A stretch of DNA of 64,000 nucleotides from Calcarisporiella thermophila CBS 279.70 (Eukaryota > Fungi > Calcarisporiellomycota), in contig NW_027192209.1 in the NCBI RefSeq assembly GCF_041956535.1, forward strand, positions 12,092 through 76,091. The letters are read 5' to 3'. Made by a program: the position numbers and the translations under genes. This document shows positions 29,034-43,250 of this stretch, one piece after another. A model generated the notes under the pieces. That model did no database searches, was not told the origin of the DNA, and saw only the letters and a program-made list of their open reading frames with translations. Position 1 is the stretch's first letter; every line of letters starts with the position of its first letter.

Positions 29034-30112
29034 TCAAAGAAAGGAGTCGTAAGGGAGCCAACCGCGGCACTCTACATCTCCACACTCGCATTTGACCAGG
29101 TGGGTTCCCTTTGCGCCCGGGTTCTCTAAGCTATCCACCTCTCCGTAGCGATAAGAGAGTTCCTCGTTTACGCTGATGTCTCTTATTGCGAACAAGGCTG
29201 CTCGCGGCACTGGATTATTGATCCGCACCAGATAGATTTTGAGATTCGGGTTGCATGAGTGGTTGATAAAGCGGGCAACATTACCGCGTTCGAATGCATC
29301 AATATTCTAGTAGTTTTCAGAGCATCAGTTAGCCTAAGCCAGGCCAGAGAGACTTGGTTTGTGCGTGAATACTTGCCGTGCGCAAGACCCTGTCTCCACT
29401 ATAAGCATTCAAACAGCAAAGCTACTTTTAGCTGTTTTGTAAAAAATATCCCATATTAATAGTTCCTACTTACACAATCTCTCGAATACATAGTACATAG
29501 TTTCCCAAGCTTTTTTCCCTCTCCTCCCATATACGGCGACACTTCATAGTGGTCACTACATCACCAGCATATTCGCATACAAACGCACCTTTTGGGATAT
29601 ACTCGCCCGCTCTCACACCATAAGCTTTCCGGTCTCCGACTCGAAGCACCTCTAATCGAAATCGAGGTCCATGCTGCACAACACGATTTCGGCAGATCGT
29701 TATTTTACATCGGCATTGGGTATGGCATTCAAATAATGAAATTCCATCTTCGTGTCCTTGGAATCAAAGGTATATGAAACAATTAATTACCAATGGTAAT
29801 GGTTATTCACGACGTAATGGAATGAAAAAAAAGGGAGGGTATAATTAAATATACCTCTTGTGCAAGGACAGTTAATTTCGCAGCCATCAGTACAGTCGCA
29901 GCCTTCGTAAAAGCTTTCATTCTCATTTATATTTGGAACATGCAAAGATCGGATATACTATGAGATTAGAAATTCACGCGTAAGTATATTCCATTCTCTG
30001 ATGGGAGATAAATAGAAGTAAGTCCGTAACTGACCTCAAAGTTCCTTTCCGTTAATATTTCCGGACTCCCGAAAATGGGGATTTCCTCCTTCCCTTTTGA
30101 GATGTCAATCAT
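29034..30112 (-). CDS. Pre-SET/SET/post-SET histone lysine methyltransferase, SETMAR-SET-like, no transposase
   Basis: DISKGKEEIPI, GCDC..C..NCPC, ECHTQCRC..CRNRVVQHG, FVCEYAG, RFINHSCNPN, EELSYRY and CECG..CRGWLP; includes a GC-AG intron at 29376-29307. Confidence 0.9.
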
Positions 30113-30234
30113 TACAGGGTTTAGTGTGACTTAACAGCTCTCATCAAGAATATATCGTTCTGGATGATATAAAATAAAATAAAACCGAAAACTCAAATAT
30201 TTATTTACAAAAAAAAAGATTGCGATAACAGCTT

Positions 30235-30815
30235 TCAGCTTCGTTTCGAATGTGATGAACGCTCCAGTGCTACGCACATGCGCTCTATTCGTTCCTGAGA
30301 GGTCTTGAGTGTCTGGTGCACTTGCATTAGCCGTTTTCGAGTTGAAGTTAGCTTCTGAACCGCAGCAGTTATATTAGGAGGGGATTGCAGCGTGGTATTC
30401 TCTGAAAGTTGTTTTAATTCTATAAATGAAAATATACGCGTAAGTCAGTTCATCTACCATGTCAGAGAAGATATAGGACGCAAGAGTAGAATAGACATTG
30501 ACAATAACCATTTAACAATCGATCCATTTCCTTCCCTAGTTCAATCTGTGAAGATCGCAAAGATACAGCCCGAAGATCCATTTCTGATACTAAGGGTCGA
30601 AGAAGCCCCATCACGCCTTTAGAGAACGCGGTGTTAGGCGGAGAATCCTCATTTACGTTCTCATTTTCCGCTTTCTCTTGCATTTCCCCCTCTCCAAACA
30701 CATTGGGTTGTTCGTATGGGGAAGATGCAGTATCTTGAGGCATCTTAGAGATGTGTGTATTCTGTATGCTGTCATCGTCTGACTTTTGTTGTGGTATTTG
30801 TGTAGAACTAGTCAT
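30235..30815 (-). CDS. SNAPIN: Snapin (BLOC-1 subunit)
   Basis: FSKGVMGLLRPLVSEMD..SLRSSQIELGKEMDRL / VQKLTSTRKRLMQVHQTLKTSQERIERM matches the Snapin pattern; one intron. Confidence 0.8.
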
Positions 30816-31536
30816 AATTAGACTCGTACTCTAATATTAAACCTGCAAACTCCAAGTTTAAATCGTTTACTTACAAAATTGAACACTGATTGGCCACGAT
30901 TTACAGAAGTAGATGTATAGGCTTATTTCATCAATGTCTCCCGCCCCCACAAAACCCCATCCTTTTCTCAAGCTCAAAGCATTTATTAGGCACATCTTCT
31001 TTGCAAAAATCTTATCATATGATAAGTATATTCTCAAATAAACACTGAAATCTCTAAGAATACCGGGGAACAGCCACACAATTCCCTCTCTCCACTCTTG
31101 AGTATTTTGAAAAGTAACTCAAGTGGATAGATACTTGGTTGTCATGGAGTACATTCGAATGCTCCGTCCTCCACCATGTTTGCCTTGGGCAGGTCATCCC
31201 ATCTGTGAAGTAGTGGTTGGCTATGAAAAACTAATTGTAAGATAAAGTACGTCTAATCCACTCATTACTGTATACCGATGATATCCATTATAAATTGCCA
31301 ACAGATAAAGACAAATTATGTGTATAGAAAAAAAAAGTGAGCTGAAATCAAGTGGAGTATAATAATATATAAAAGAAGGAATAAAATAAAGGAATAAGGG
31401 GTGTGGGGGAAAATATACTGAAGGAATGAGGGAAACGAATAGAAAGGAGGGTGGAAGAAAAGAGTATATATATCATTAAAAAAGAAAGAGAGAGGAAAGA
31501 CAAAAAAAAAAAAAAAATCAATGTGGTAAAATCTGG

Positions 31537-34500
31537 TTAATAGAAATGATCATGTCGATGCCGAGAATGATCTAGTTTAGAGAGGTCATGACGCCCGCCA
31601 CAGCACTGCCACACGTTCTCGATTTCCTCGTCTTCCTCATCGTCATCCTCCTCCGGATTCCTAGCCCGATCAACTCGCTGCCCCGCTGCTACATCGCGCG
31701 ACTCGGATGGTAGCCCAGGGAGCGCGGAGTTAGATTCGGAGGACAGATCTTTGCGAGGGGTAAAGAGGCTCTGTATCCTTTGGAAACTGCGCTGCTTTTT
31801 AGGGCCGGGACGGTTCAGTGTGCCGTTTGAGGAGCCTGGAGCGCGAGAGGTTTGCTCTCCTCCAGACATTTGCGAGGAATCCCCATCAGCACCATTTTGG
31901 CGTTCAAGTAGGTAGGTGAGCGACTATTTGAGGGTAAAACTCCCGTTAGTGCCCCAATCCTAATAATGGGATGCCCATGGGAACTAGCCGATAGGCTTAC
32001 CTGAAGCCAAAGATCATGTCGCTCAATAGAGGGCGCAGTTATCTTGATGCTACGGTGAGGAGTTTTGACTACCAAGCTGACGTGTGGAAGCCCGTGGATT
32101 ACTTGTGAGTGGTCGACAATGGTGTAAACAGACTCCATGGCCGCTAGTTGAAGAGATTCAATCAATGTGTTGGAAGTAAGGAAGAGAGATGTTGTAACTT
32201 ACCACTCCGAATGCGGGCAGTATTATTTCCCATAACGCCGGGTTCCATTGTGCTCCAATAAAGTGTATTAGTATAAGGATGTACCCAGAAGAAACGTCTA
32301 TGGCGACGCTCCGACAAGCCACTACCAACCGAGCGGCGAGTGTATTTCCACATAAATTCACCAATCATTGTCTGTGTTATTGCATGGATAATATTGCCGC
32401 TGGTAGGAGGTTGTTGGGGCGGCGCGATATGCATAGAGGAGCTCGAGAGGCGGTGATTATCCGAGAAATCACTGCTCATGGTTGAGAAGGAATGTGCAGA
32501 TGAGAAAGTGCCGAAGCGACGGTGGCCGGAATCGGACGAGGGTGGGAGAGGGGGTTTCGAATCTACTGAACTAATATTATTGATCGACTGCTTTTTGCTC
32601 AGAATGGAGCGTGGGAGTGTGCCCGCGGTTTGGTGCGAAGAGGCTGGGGTACTACGGTCCACTGAAGTTGCTTCGCTAGCTGCGCTATTGGCGGCAACTG
32701 AACGAGCAAGGAGCGAATCGGGCGGACGGCTCACAGGTCGGGGCGGAGCAGCTGTGGCCTTTCCAATATCTGAAATCGAATTCTCGGCAGCCATGCTACC
32801 TGCCGAGTGAGGGACACCGTTGGATTCATGTTTATGGACGAAGGTGACATTGCTAGAGCCGATATCGCGCTTGGTAGCTGAAGTTTCCGCTGTATCCTTC
32901 GCAATGGACTGCACCACCGAAGTTGTCTCTTTACTGCTAAATGCCTTTACAGCAGAGGCAGCAGCAATGGCACCCACACCCACACCGACTCCAGCCCCAG
33001 CTACAGCAGATAGTGCAGCAGGCGCAACCTCTGTGCTGGTCTCCTTAATCAAGTGTACCTGAACACCGGCGTTTCTTGTCTGCACAGTCGCTCTGACTGC
33101 TTTTTCCACGGTCTCAACCTTGACTTGGGTCATAGCATCGGCCATCTTCTTCGGTGCAATCTCATCGGGTTGCACTCCGGCGTCCACCATTACGGGTGTA
33201 TCTGATTGTACAGCCTTGGACTCAAGTTCGATTGGATCATATTGTACTCCTACCTCGCCTAATTCCTTGTCCGGCAAGGAGTCCAACTGAACGCTAGCCT
33301 CTTTCAGCACCACCGCAGACGAGTCTTCCACAGGTTGCACGGGAGAGGATGGAACTTTAGTGGCAGTAGCGCTTAGCGCAGCGTCGAAGGCCGCAACCCC
33401 CGCAAGATATTCGGCTAGCGTTGGCAATCCTGGTATATCATCGGTCATGGTCTCTTGATGGGCAACATTCAGGGGCGGCATTTGCTGAGCAGCCAATTCC
33501 GAAAATAGTGCGCGTGGTTGCGGCGCAAAAATATCCTGGGAACCAAGCGAGGGATCGAAATCGCCTAGACCCTGGAGCTCGGACTCGGACAACTCCGAAT
33601 CCTCCAATTCACCCTCCATGTCTTCGTCGAACATGTCTGGATGCGTAGCGGTGCTGTGCTCTCCGGCTGTGATCCCGAGTGCTTCGCCGAACTCTTCCAG
33701 CTGTTGCTGATGGTCTAAATCACCTTCAGAATACAGACCCATAGGCTTGCCATTCTGGAAGTCCGATATGACAAATTTCGGAACCGACTTTTTGCTCTTG
33801 CGCTTCTTGCTACTACTACGATGACGGCTGCGACTGCGATGGCTACTCGGGGTCTTTGCAATGCTGTCCTCTTCCCATACGTTGCCTTGTTGACGCATGC
33901 GTTCAATAGTCTCCTCGCGCTCAGTGAGCATCTTGCGAAGCTCCATCTTCTCGCTCTTCTCCTTAGCAAGCAGATTCCGGCAATGGTGGTATGCGCGTTG
34001 AGCATGCTGCAACGAGTTCTTGAGTGTTTCAACCTGCAGGGATTGACTCTTGGTTGGAGATTTTATCGGTGATGCAGGCGGAGTCTCCGTCGGGGTGTCT
34101 GGTCTAGGGGCGGGTAACAGATCTGTCTCATCACGTTCTATAGTCTCAGGGGCGGTGGACATTTCGCCTTTGCGCAGTCGTACAAATCGCTTCGAGCTCT
34201 CGAGTTCCTTCTTAAGCTCATCAACCTCCTTCTTGAAAGCAATGCCTTCCTGTTGCAGGGTTTTGATACGCTTACGACTAGTGAACATCTCCTGCTCATG
34301 GCGTGACCGCAACTCATCAATCGTGGCGTTAAGCTGGTCCTCTTTAGCACGGGCTGCTTCGATTTGTTCCGTTACTCTAGCGTTGGATTGTTGTAGTTTA
34401 GCTTGGTCATTGTTCGATTTTTCCAGCGCTCTTTGAAGCTCTTCAAGCTTCTCCATCAGATCGCCTTTGCTGCACTCAAGATCCCAGTTGATTGATTTCA

Positions 34501-35137
34501 GATTTTCTGGCAATGCAAAAAAAAAAGAATTAGAAATGAGTTTGAGGTGTTCTCAAGACGACACCTAAAGCGCACCTTCCGCCTGAGTCTTCTGCTGAAT
34601 CTGCTTCTTAAAAGATTCGTTTTCCAGCTCCAACTCCTGGATCCGAATTGCGAGCTCCTTTCTCTCTTTATCCCACATAACTTCTTTTGCTTGATAATTC
34701 CGGACCTGATTTAAAAGAGTTTCAGCAATTTCTGATACGAACTGAACGTCATGATTGCCAGGTGCAGGGGCCATTTTAGTACGTCTCTTGGGAGTGGTGG
34801 ATGGAGGCGGGGGGAGAAGAGAGCTATCCTTATTATTGCCCAATGATATTCCTAAACCTTCCGTGCCGTCATGCTTGTCACTGAGTGACATTCTCTATAA
34901 GAGCAATACATAGACGTTTAATATATTACCGTCAAATGAAAATCAAACAAAAAATAAAAGACAAGCATCACTGACCGGTCGAGAGCTTGACATCTCAACC
35001 ACCTCCTTGTGCAGGAGATCAATACGCTTCTTTGTCTCTTCAGAAGGCTGCTGTGTTTCATGGACATATCCCAAGGGATCTTCTTCCTGGTTCGTGTGGT
35101 TCATGACGATGGTATCGGCTTCATTATTGCTTGACAT
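31537..35137 (-). CDS. NUM1: Cortical dynein anchor Num1/ApsA/Mcp5 (coiled coil plus PH domain)
   Basis: DVQFVSEIAETLLNQVR, long coiled coil, AITQTMIGEFMWKYTRR..RHRRFFWVHPYTNTLYWS PH domain and C-terminal ENVWQCCGGRHDLSKL. Confidence 0.9.
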
Positions 35138-36134
35138 TATGGACAGTGGGCACTAGCAAGAGATAAATGATCTAAGCTGCGCAATATCTTTCCTGTTGAT
35201 TGGCGGAGTGTGCCGATAAGGACGTTAAAAACAATGGAATTAAAATCAACAAACGATACAGAGGAGCGAAACGTGAAAAATGAGGATAGGGGAGGGGGAA
35301 AGAAGGGGTATTTCGTTAGAGAAACCACATTAAGCTTGATAAAACGGGTAAGGAATTAAGGAAAAGGAAATGAGATTGTTGATGATGGTGGAAATATATA
35401 TAAAAAACGCAAAAATATGAACTTTATTCATCGTACAAAAATTTTTTTGAAGAGTTCCAATGATGAGAATTGGCCGGAATTGGTTGCGTCACTGCCCAGT
35501 CCTTAGTGCCCTGCCAGAAATCAAGGGGCAATAATGAGCGTGAAACTTACAGAGATCTTTAGACTACGCGGTACAGAGTCATTTTGATAATTGCATAAAA
35601 ACGAATCAAATGACGAGCCAGCGGTATTACTCGAGCCTCTCGCCCTACTCGGCTCTTGGTCGCCATGAGCCATCCTAAGTTTGCAGCTGACTTCGACCCA
35701 CCTGTCATGCAATAACCGCTTTCTCTATTTGCACTTTATTACGTGCACATGCTCCAGAGGGCTCAGTAGAATGCCGTTGCTGGCCCAAGCCCAGCCACGT
35801 AACGCCGGATATTTTGGTCTGCGAACTGGCCTGTGGCTTATCCCTGGTCAATGGATGCGCGCATTTAATATCAAGAGTATTTTCATATGAGCGCCGTATA
35901 CTACTCAAGACCTCGGGCATACCTTATTTGCCTGGATATAGTAAATTAGAAGGAAGAATGGATGGAGATTGGCTTGGGAGTTCCTCGTATTTTTGGTGAG
36001 GAACCTAAAATCCCTGAAGGATTGAACCCATTGGTCGGTCAGAATTGTACGATATTTTGAGCAAGTATTTTGGGCAAAAAGTGTTATTAAAAGAGCCCAG
36101 TGCCAGCGATCTAGTCCTTGTCCTCGCAAGAAAA

Positions 36135-38885
36135 ATGCAAAATACCACAGAACTAACCCGTTGGAAACTAGAGGTCAAGCACGGCGCTCAGGTCTGGCAC
36201 TACGCTGACCACCATGACCAGACCGCGTGCGAAAAATACCACATCGGGCTGCATTTTGTAAGTTCGCGAATGGCTGTTTTATTACATGCTTCCATGTTTG
36301 ATTTATGAACTACTTATCTGCTTCCAGGAAGCGAAAGAATTCCCCGTTCCAAAAACCGCTCAAGAGGCTGCGCACAATGCATTCGAGTTCATTAAGCTGT
36401 TGCAGACTGAGGATGGACATTGGGCAGGGGAGTATGGAGGGCCTGAGTTTCTTATTCCAGGGCTTGTTATCGCTCACTACGTTTGTGAGGCCCCCATCCC
36501 GGAACCAGACCGACTGGAACTTGCTCGATATCTCATAAACACGGCTCGCCCTGATGGCGGCTGGGGAATGTACGTTGTTTCGGCCTATTTGTTTAAATAG
36601 TTTCTAACAATGACCACTCATATAGTCATACTGCCGGTGTTGCAACCGTATTTGGTACAGCCCTCAACTATTGCGCGTTGCGAATCCTGGGTCTCGAACC
36701 CGACCATCCCGTTATGATAAAATCGCGGGCAACGCTGCACAAACTCGGAGGGGCAACCGGGGCTCCTTCCTGGGGAAAACTGTGGCTCTCAGTATTGGGT
36801 GTCTACGACTGGGAAGGTGTGAATCCGATTCCGCCTGAACTTTGGCTTTTCCCTCAGAGCGTGCCTTTCCACCCAAGCCGATTCTGGGTGCATACGCGGG
36901 CGGTGTATTTACCAATGGCCTATATTTACGGAAGGCGCTTTGTTGGCAAAGAAACGGCACTGGTTCGTGCACTTCGGGAGGTAGTAGCTAGCACGTTTTG
37001 TTATGGATGAAGTTGTGAACCTCAACTCCTGGTGATTTTAATAGGAGCTTTATACCCAGCCCTACAATACTATTGACTGGCCGGCTCAGCGTAGTAATGT
37101 GGCAGAGATAGATCTCTATGTTCCACATTCTACACCGATGAAGCTGATCAACGGTTGGTTGATTTTTTTTATTTCTGATATATTCTGTATGTAAGCTGAT
37201 ACAATTGCCATCTTTTTAGCTATATTGGGAGTGTACGAGAAATATGCCATTCCTTTTCTACGAAAGCGTGCGCTAGAGAAAGTTTATGAATTCGTAAGGC
37301 TGGAGGATGAGGACACCTTCTACTTGTGTATTGGACCGGTATAATCCACGAAACAGGCCAGATAACCTTTTCCTTCACGATAATTATAATATGTCTACTA
37401 TTTTAAAGGTGAACAAAGCTATGCATATGGTAATTCGCTATTTTGTGGATGGGCCCGAGTCGGAAGCTTTCAAACAGCACCTTGTTCGCAACAGGGACTT
37501 TTTATGGTTGGTCTTCTCGTTACAGTGCCAACTGATATATCTTCCGTGCAGCTAACTGCTATATTTAATTCAAGGCTTGGACCCCAAGGGATGATGATGA
37601 ACGGGACCAACGGCTCTCAATTGTGGGACACGGCATTCATTATACAAGCTGCGCTTGAAGCTGGTACTTACATCTGGAATCCAAGTTCGCTTCTTATTGC
37701 GCTAATCTCTTCTGTCTTCTCAAGGTCTTGTCTCTGACCCGAAAAACCATGAGACCGTCTTACGTGCTTACGAATTTCTCGATGACACTCAGATAAAACG
37801 TAATCCTCCTCATATGCATATAACCTCCCGCCACCAGTCCTTGGGCGCCTGGCCATTTAGTACGCGTGATCAAGGATATACCGTGTCGGATTGCACGGCT
37901 GAGGGTTTAAAAACCGTCCTATACCTGAACACGTTTGAGTAAGAGTCTATTCGGGCATTGTTTATATTTCGGGTAATAATTACAAACCACGCCTTTCAGT
38001 TTCATCCAGAATAAGATTCCAAAGGAGCGCCTTTGCCAGGCTGTCGATGTGCTGCTCTCCATGCAGAATCAGGATGGCGGCTTTGCAAGCTATGAGAAAA
38101 TCCGTGGTCCGCAATATCTCGAGCTTATCAATGCGGCCGAAGTGTTTGGAAACATCATGATTGAATACAGCTACACCGAGTGCACAACTGCCAGCGTGCT
38201 GGGTCTCAAAACCTTCTCCAAGTTCTATCCGGATTATCGGGCAGAGGAAATACGGTAACCCTACCTTCTGCAGCATCATTGGATGATTGAAATTGAATCC
38301 ACCATTGCTCTACAGACTTTGCTGCGAGAAAGCGCTCCAGTTTATCAAGGCCAAGCAAAATCCAGACGGGAGCTGGTACGGTAGCTGGGCTATTTGCTTC
38401 ACCTATGCCTCGTGGTTCGCGCTAGAATCCCTAGCTAGCATGGGCGAATATTACGATAACAGGCAAGTGGCCAATTAAGCGGCTCAGATGGTAGTGCTAA
38501 CCCCGTTGTACCTATTAGTGAGTTTTCGAAGAGAGGCTGCGATTTCTTGATTGAAAAGCAGCAAGAAGACGGGGGCTGGGGGGAGACCTACAAAGCATGC
38601 GAGACGGGCGTTTATCACCAGAATGAAACCTCACAAGTTGTAAATACCGCGTGGGCCATTCTTTCCCTAATGGCTGCGAAATATCCTGACGAAACACCAA
38701 TTCGCCGCGGCATCCAGCTGATCATGTCCCGTCAACTACCGGATGGTAGCTTCAAGCAGGAATGCATTGAAGGCGTTTTCAACCGCAACTGCATGATCAG
38801 CTACCCGAACTATAAGTTTGCCTTCACCCTCTGGGCTCTTGGGAGATATTCGCGCATCTACGATAACCCAGTATTAGTAAATTAA
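36135..38885 (+). CDS. ERG7: Oxidosqualene cyclase, lanosterol synthase type
   Basis: QW repeats (QxxDGxW) and VSDCTAE; GTNGSQ and DQGYTV carry the lanosterol-type Thr/Gln/Val rather than the cycloartenol-type Tyr/His/Ile; GC-AG intron at 38463-38518. Confidence 0.96.
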
Positions 38886-39098
38886 AATGTACATCTCGTG
38901 GCTGCATTACTTGTCTTTTATCGATAATAATCTTAATTGAGGAGGGTCAACTGTGATGGCATTAAACAAACTTGTGCGTTTATACAATTACAGGGAAACA
39001 AAAGTACAAATGGATAAGAACAGTAGTCTAGAGAATCAATTATATAGAAACAAAAATTAAACAATTTGGTATACTTGCTTGCGGATATCGCAACAAAG

Positions 39099-40131
39099 TC
39101 ACACTACAACTTCTTCGTCTTCACCGACATTCCCCAATAGTGGGTCTGTCACAGCAGCAGGCGGCATCACCTCCCTTGCTACCTCCTCTATGGATCGCTT
39201 CGCTAATAGCCAGATATAAAGGAGTAGCCCCACTCCAAGCATACCCCCGCTCAATGCCACGGCGATTTGTAAGTTGCTGGGCCTCTTTGAAACACTGTCG
39301 GTGAAGGAGGTGAGCTTAGAGCCAATCCAAACATGTAACATGATCTTGAAAAGAGCCAAAGCAGTAGCAAGCGTAAACACGGGAAGCGTGATCCGAGTGG
39401 CAGAGAGCAGCACATTAAGGACAGAATAGGGGTATGGGGCGATGCGGATAAGGACCAAGAGCTGGGATGGATATTATTATCCTAACATGGATACAGTAGA
39501 ATCGAAAAGTCTAATTTACCCTAAATCCCTTCTCCTCCACTGCTACTAGCGCAGCTCCAAGGTGCCGATATCGCTTTATCACGGCTTTGACATATCGTTT
39601 CAGCCAGAGCCGAGAGAGCGTGAAGCATATAATCCCTCCGCTCAAGGCCGCAAAGTATGCAATTAAGAAGCCCTTGAGAAAACCAAACGTGAATCCAGAG
39701 AGAGTCAAGAAGGTGCTATAGCCAATCATGGGTGGAAATGCAGCAGAAAAGACGAGGGTGAAAATTATCATGACACCACTAAGCAAATCAAACCATCATA
39801 TATCCTTTTCAAACATGAAGGTAACGAGCATTTCTTACCCAGGTCCTAATTCACGTACAAATTGCGCCAGATGGCCAAGTCCAGACAAAATTTCCCGATG
39901 ATAAATAATCAACAAAATGACTATAATTAACGAAAAAGCGCCAAGAAGGGCTAGAATTTTCTTGTTTGGAAAGCGGATATTTTCTAGGAGGGAGGAGCTT
40001 GAAGAACTGGGTAGGAGCTGATCAGAGGGAGCACGAGAAGACATAAGCTCTCGTCTGAATTGAATTACGGCTCCCCTTTCATGAACTTCTTCGCGAACAG
40101 CAGCAGCTGTTGGTATTGGTGGATTTGCCAT
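39099..40131 (-). CDS. TVP38: TVP38/TMEM64 (VTT/DedA family) membrane protein
   Basis: FPPMIGYSTFLTLSGFTFGF..G and LIRIAPYPYSVLN; three exons. Confidence 0.88.
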
Positions 40132-40303
40132 TGCAACTATGTAATGCTATGCTTCTGAGAGAAACACGTTATTAATTTCTGAATTCAATTCAATCAAAGA
40201 AAAATGTGACTTGCCTCCTGTGACTTGCCAATTCTATTTTCATTTAGAATGCTAAAGTTTGATGCCAACTCTATCCCTAGAGTCAGTATAGATCGTGAAT
40301 GTA

Positions 40304-43250
40304 ATGCATCGATTACGGTTCAATCGGATACCTGTGCTATTTCATGCGAATATTTCTTGTGGAGCAAGAAGTTTGCGCTCACCTCAATGCCAGCTTTATA
40401 TTCCGAATTACAAAAGAATTGATCGAGTAACGTCCGTCAACCGACTCTGCTTCTCCACCAGTCAACCATGCCACCGTCTCTCATCACCGGCCCCACGTCC
40501 CATAACTCGGGAATCCAGAAGATCCAAACCTCTGAGATTCTCTTTGTTTGGATCACTTTTTGGAAAAAGGAAAACTCCTGAGTGGGCGAGAGAATGTTGG
40601 TTATAATTGGGATTGGATGCATTTCGCCTGGCTAATAATTCCTTTGTCGTTTTCTCCTTAGTACTAGAGCATCGATTGAAAAATTTCCAGACTAGCTCAA
40701 AAATCCGACGGAAATGCAATTCCATGGGAATACCAAGTAGAGCTTTTCGAGTGAACAGCGAGGCATTTGCCAAAGCAGTCTTGGCAGGCGAAATTCCGCG
40801 AATTAATCCTGATAATGTGCTAGCAGTGTGGGAGGAAGGAGGAGCAGGTATACTCTAGTTCATTATTCTATGCTTAATGCGAAGTAATGTAGAGTCATCC
40901 TAACCACCTCATCTGGATATGTTAGAGAGCGTCGACAAACTTCTCCTTCCAGCGTTCTATGAGTTTGCGAAATCCGCAGTGTCTCCAGAGAGAGCGGAGG
41001 CATTCAGTTCACTATGCCAAATCAGCGATCTAAGATATCCGGCTGAATGGTTTCCAGCCACAAGGGCCATGAGGCGGTAAGTCCCTGAAGGTGCTTCTCT
41101 AGCTCTACAATGAGTGACATTGAAATAAATGCGTAGCAAAATTATCGCCCACGTTGGACCAACTAACTCTGGAAAGACTTATTCCGCACTAAATCGACTG
41201 GAGCATGCAGAGAGGGGCATTTATTGTGGCCCGCTGCGACTTCTTGCACATGAAATCTTTGAGCGTATGAATGCAAAGGGGGTCCCGTGCAATCTTATTA
41301 CCGGTGAGCAGCGTCAATTAGTTTCGCCCGATGCACCACTCACCAGTAGTACGGTGGAAATGACCGACTTGAATAAGTGGTTCGATGTAGCGGTGATCGA
41401 CGAGATCCAATTGTTGGGCGATCGACAGCGAGGCTGGGCGTGGACCCATGCGCTATTGGGTAGATCCCATTTTTCCTTGCTTTCTATAGCCATGGAGTAA
41501 ATTCAATTGTGTCCTACTCTTTCCTATTTTTTAGGCCTGCAAGCGGAAGAGATTCATCTCTGTGGAGAGCCCTCCGCCGTCCCCTTAATTCAAAGTATTT
41601 GTGCCTCGATGAACGAGGAGGTTGAGGTGCGCACCTATGAACGCCTTTCCCCCCTGAATATCCTCGACAAATCCCTTCACGGCAACTTCAAAAACATCCG
41701 CAAAGGGGACTGCATTGTAACCTTCTCTAGATCAAATATTTTTGCAATCAAAAAAGCCATTGAAGAAACAACAGGGTTGAGATGTGCGGTCGCATATGGA
41801 GGGTTGCCACCTGGTAAGAAATGGCTAGCGTTTCTCGAAAGGGTGTGGACTAACATTTCGTTCCTTGTCACTAGAAACTCGTTCGTTACAGGCAAAACTT
41901 TTCAATGATCCAAACAGCGGGTTTGACGTGTTGGTGGCCAGCGATGCAGTTGGCATGGGATTGAACTTGTAAGACTATCTGGGAGTCTCGATCATATCTT
42001 TTTGGCCTATCCTAACCTATACTTAATTATACATAGGAGCATCCGTCGTATTGTATTCGAGACGCTTGCCAAGTTCGATGGCACTGTTATGCGCCCTGTA
42101 TCGGTCTCTCAAATCAAACAAATTGCTGGCCGTGCAGGCCGGTTCGGAACTCCGTACGATGTTGGCGAGGTTACGACGTAGGTCACTGCGCCTGAAATTT
42201 GCCTTGAGACGGTTTGATCTCATGTGTACCCTTTTCACTTAGGTTCCATCACCATGACTTGAAATTCCTCCACAAAGCCATGGAAGCGCCCATTGCAGAG
42301 TTGGAGGTGGCCGGGCTACAGCCAACGATGGAGATTGTAGAGTTATTCGCACATCAATTGCCAAATGAGAAGTTTTCCAGTTTGATTGTAAGTCACTGTA
42401 TTCTTGCAGCCCTCTACCCCTTTTGTTTAAACATTTCTGTATTGCTAGCAAAAATTCGAGGATCTCGCAAGGCTGGACGGAGATTACTTTCTATGTAACT
42501 TCAAAGATAACAAGGTAACCGATAGGCAACTTAGCAGGCAATGCTAGGGGCAGTGCTGATAAGGTACAATCGTCCACTTAGATTCTCGCGGAATATATCG
42601 ACCACTTGGACATCCCCATTACTGATCGCTATCAATTCGTGATGGCACCCGCACCTACAAGAGACCCCCTTGTGATGTCGTATTACCTCAAGGTATGAGC
42701 CCCCATATTGGCACTGCATATTCCTCTTTTATGGTTGTACTTATTGCAATCTATATATCATCAGTTTGCGACCATCTTCAGCAATGGCCGTGCGTGTCTC
42801 CTTGAGGATCACGTTCGACTCCCTGAAAAGCCCGTCGCCACTATGGAGAAACTAAAGGAACTCGAATCACTACACCGTACAATCATGCTCTATATGTGGC
42901 TAAGGTATTCTTAACCTACTCTACCAGATTGATTGCTTTTGCGGCCTGCTAAACCAGCTTCCATTTTCGCTTCACTTTTGAATAGTGCTCGATACAGGCA
43001 CTGCTTTGGTAGCGCGCCTGAGGAGGTTCAGAAAATCAAGACCCAGTGCGAAGAGCAGATAGACGAGACATTGCGTGCCATTGCATTTTTGCGACAATTC
43101 CGCAATAAACGCCGGCATGGGCCATCCAAATCGCGGGAGGAAAAGACCGAGTCAGGGTCCTGGACGAAGCGGCGACCTCGGCATAGCACAAGGCTGGTCG
43201 AGGCGTTGCAGGAGCCAGGCAAGGTGCGCCCCAACATGTCCTCATTGTAA
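40304..43250 (+). CDS. SUV3: Mitochondrial ATP-dependent RNA helicase Suv3
   Basis: Arg/Ser-rich presequence, [34 protein letters not shown] and [10 protein letters not shown]. Confidence 0.95.
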
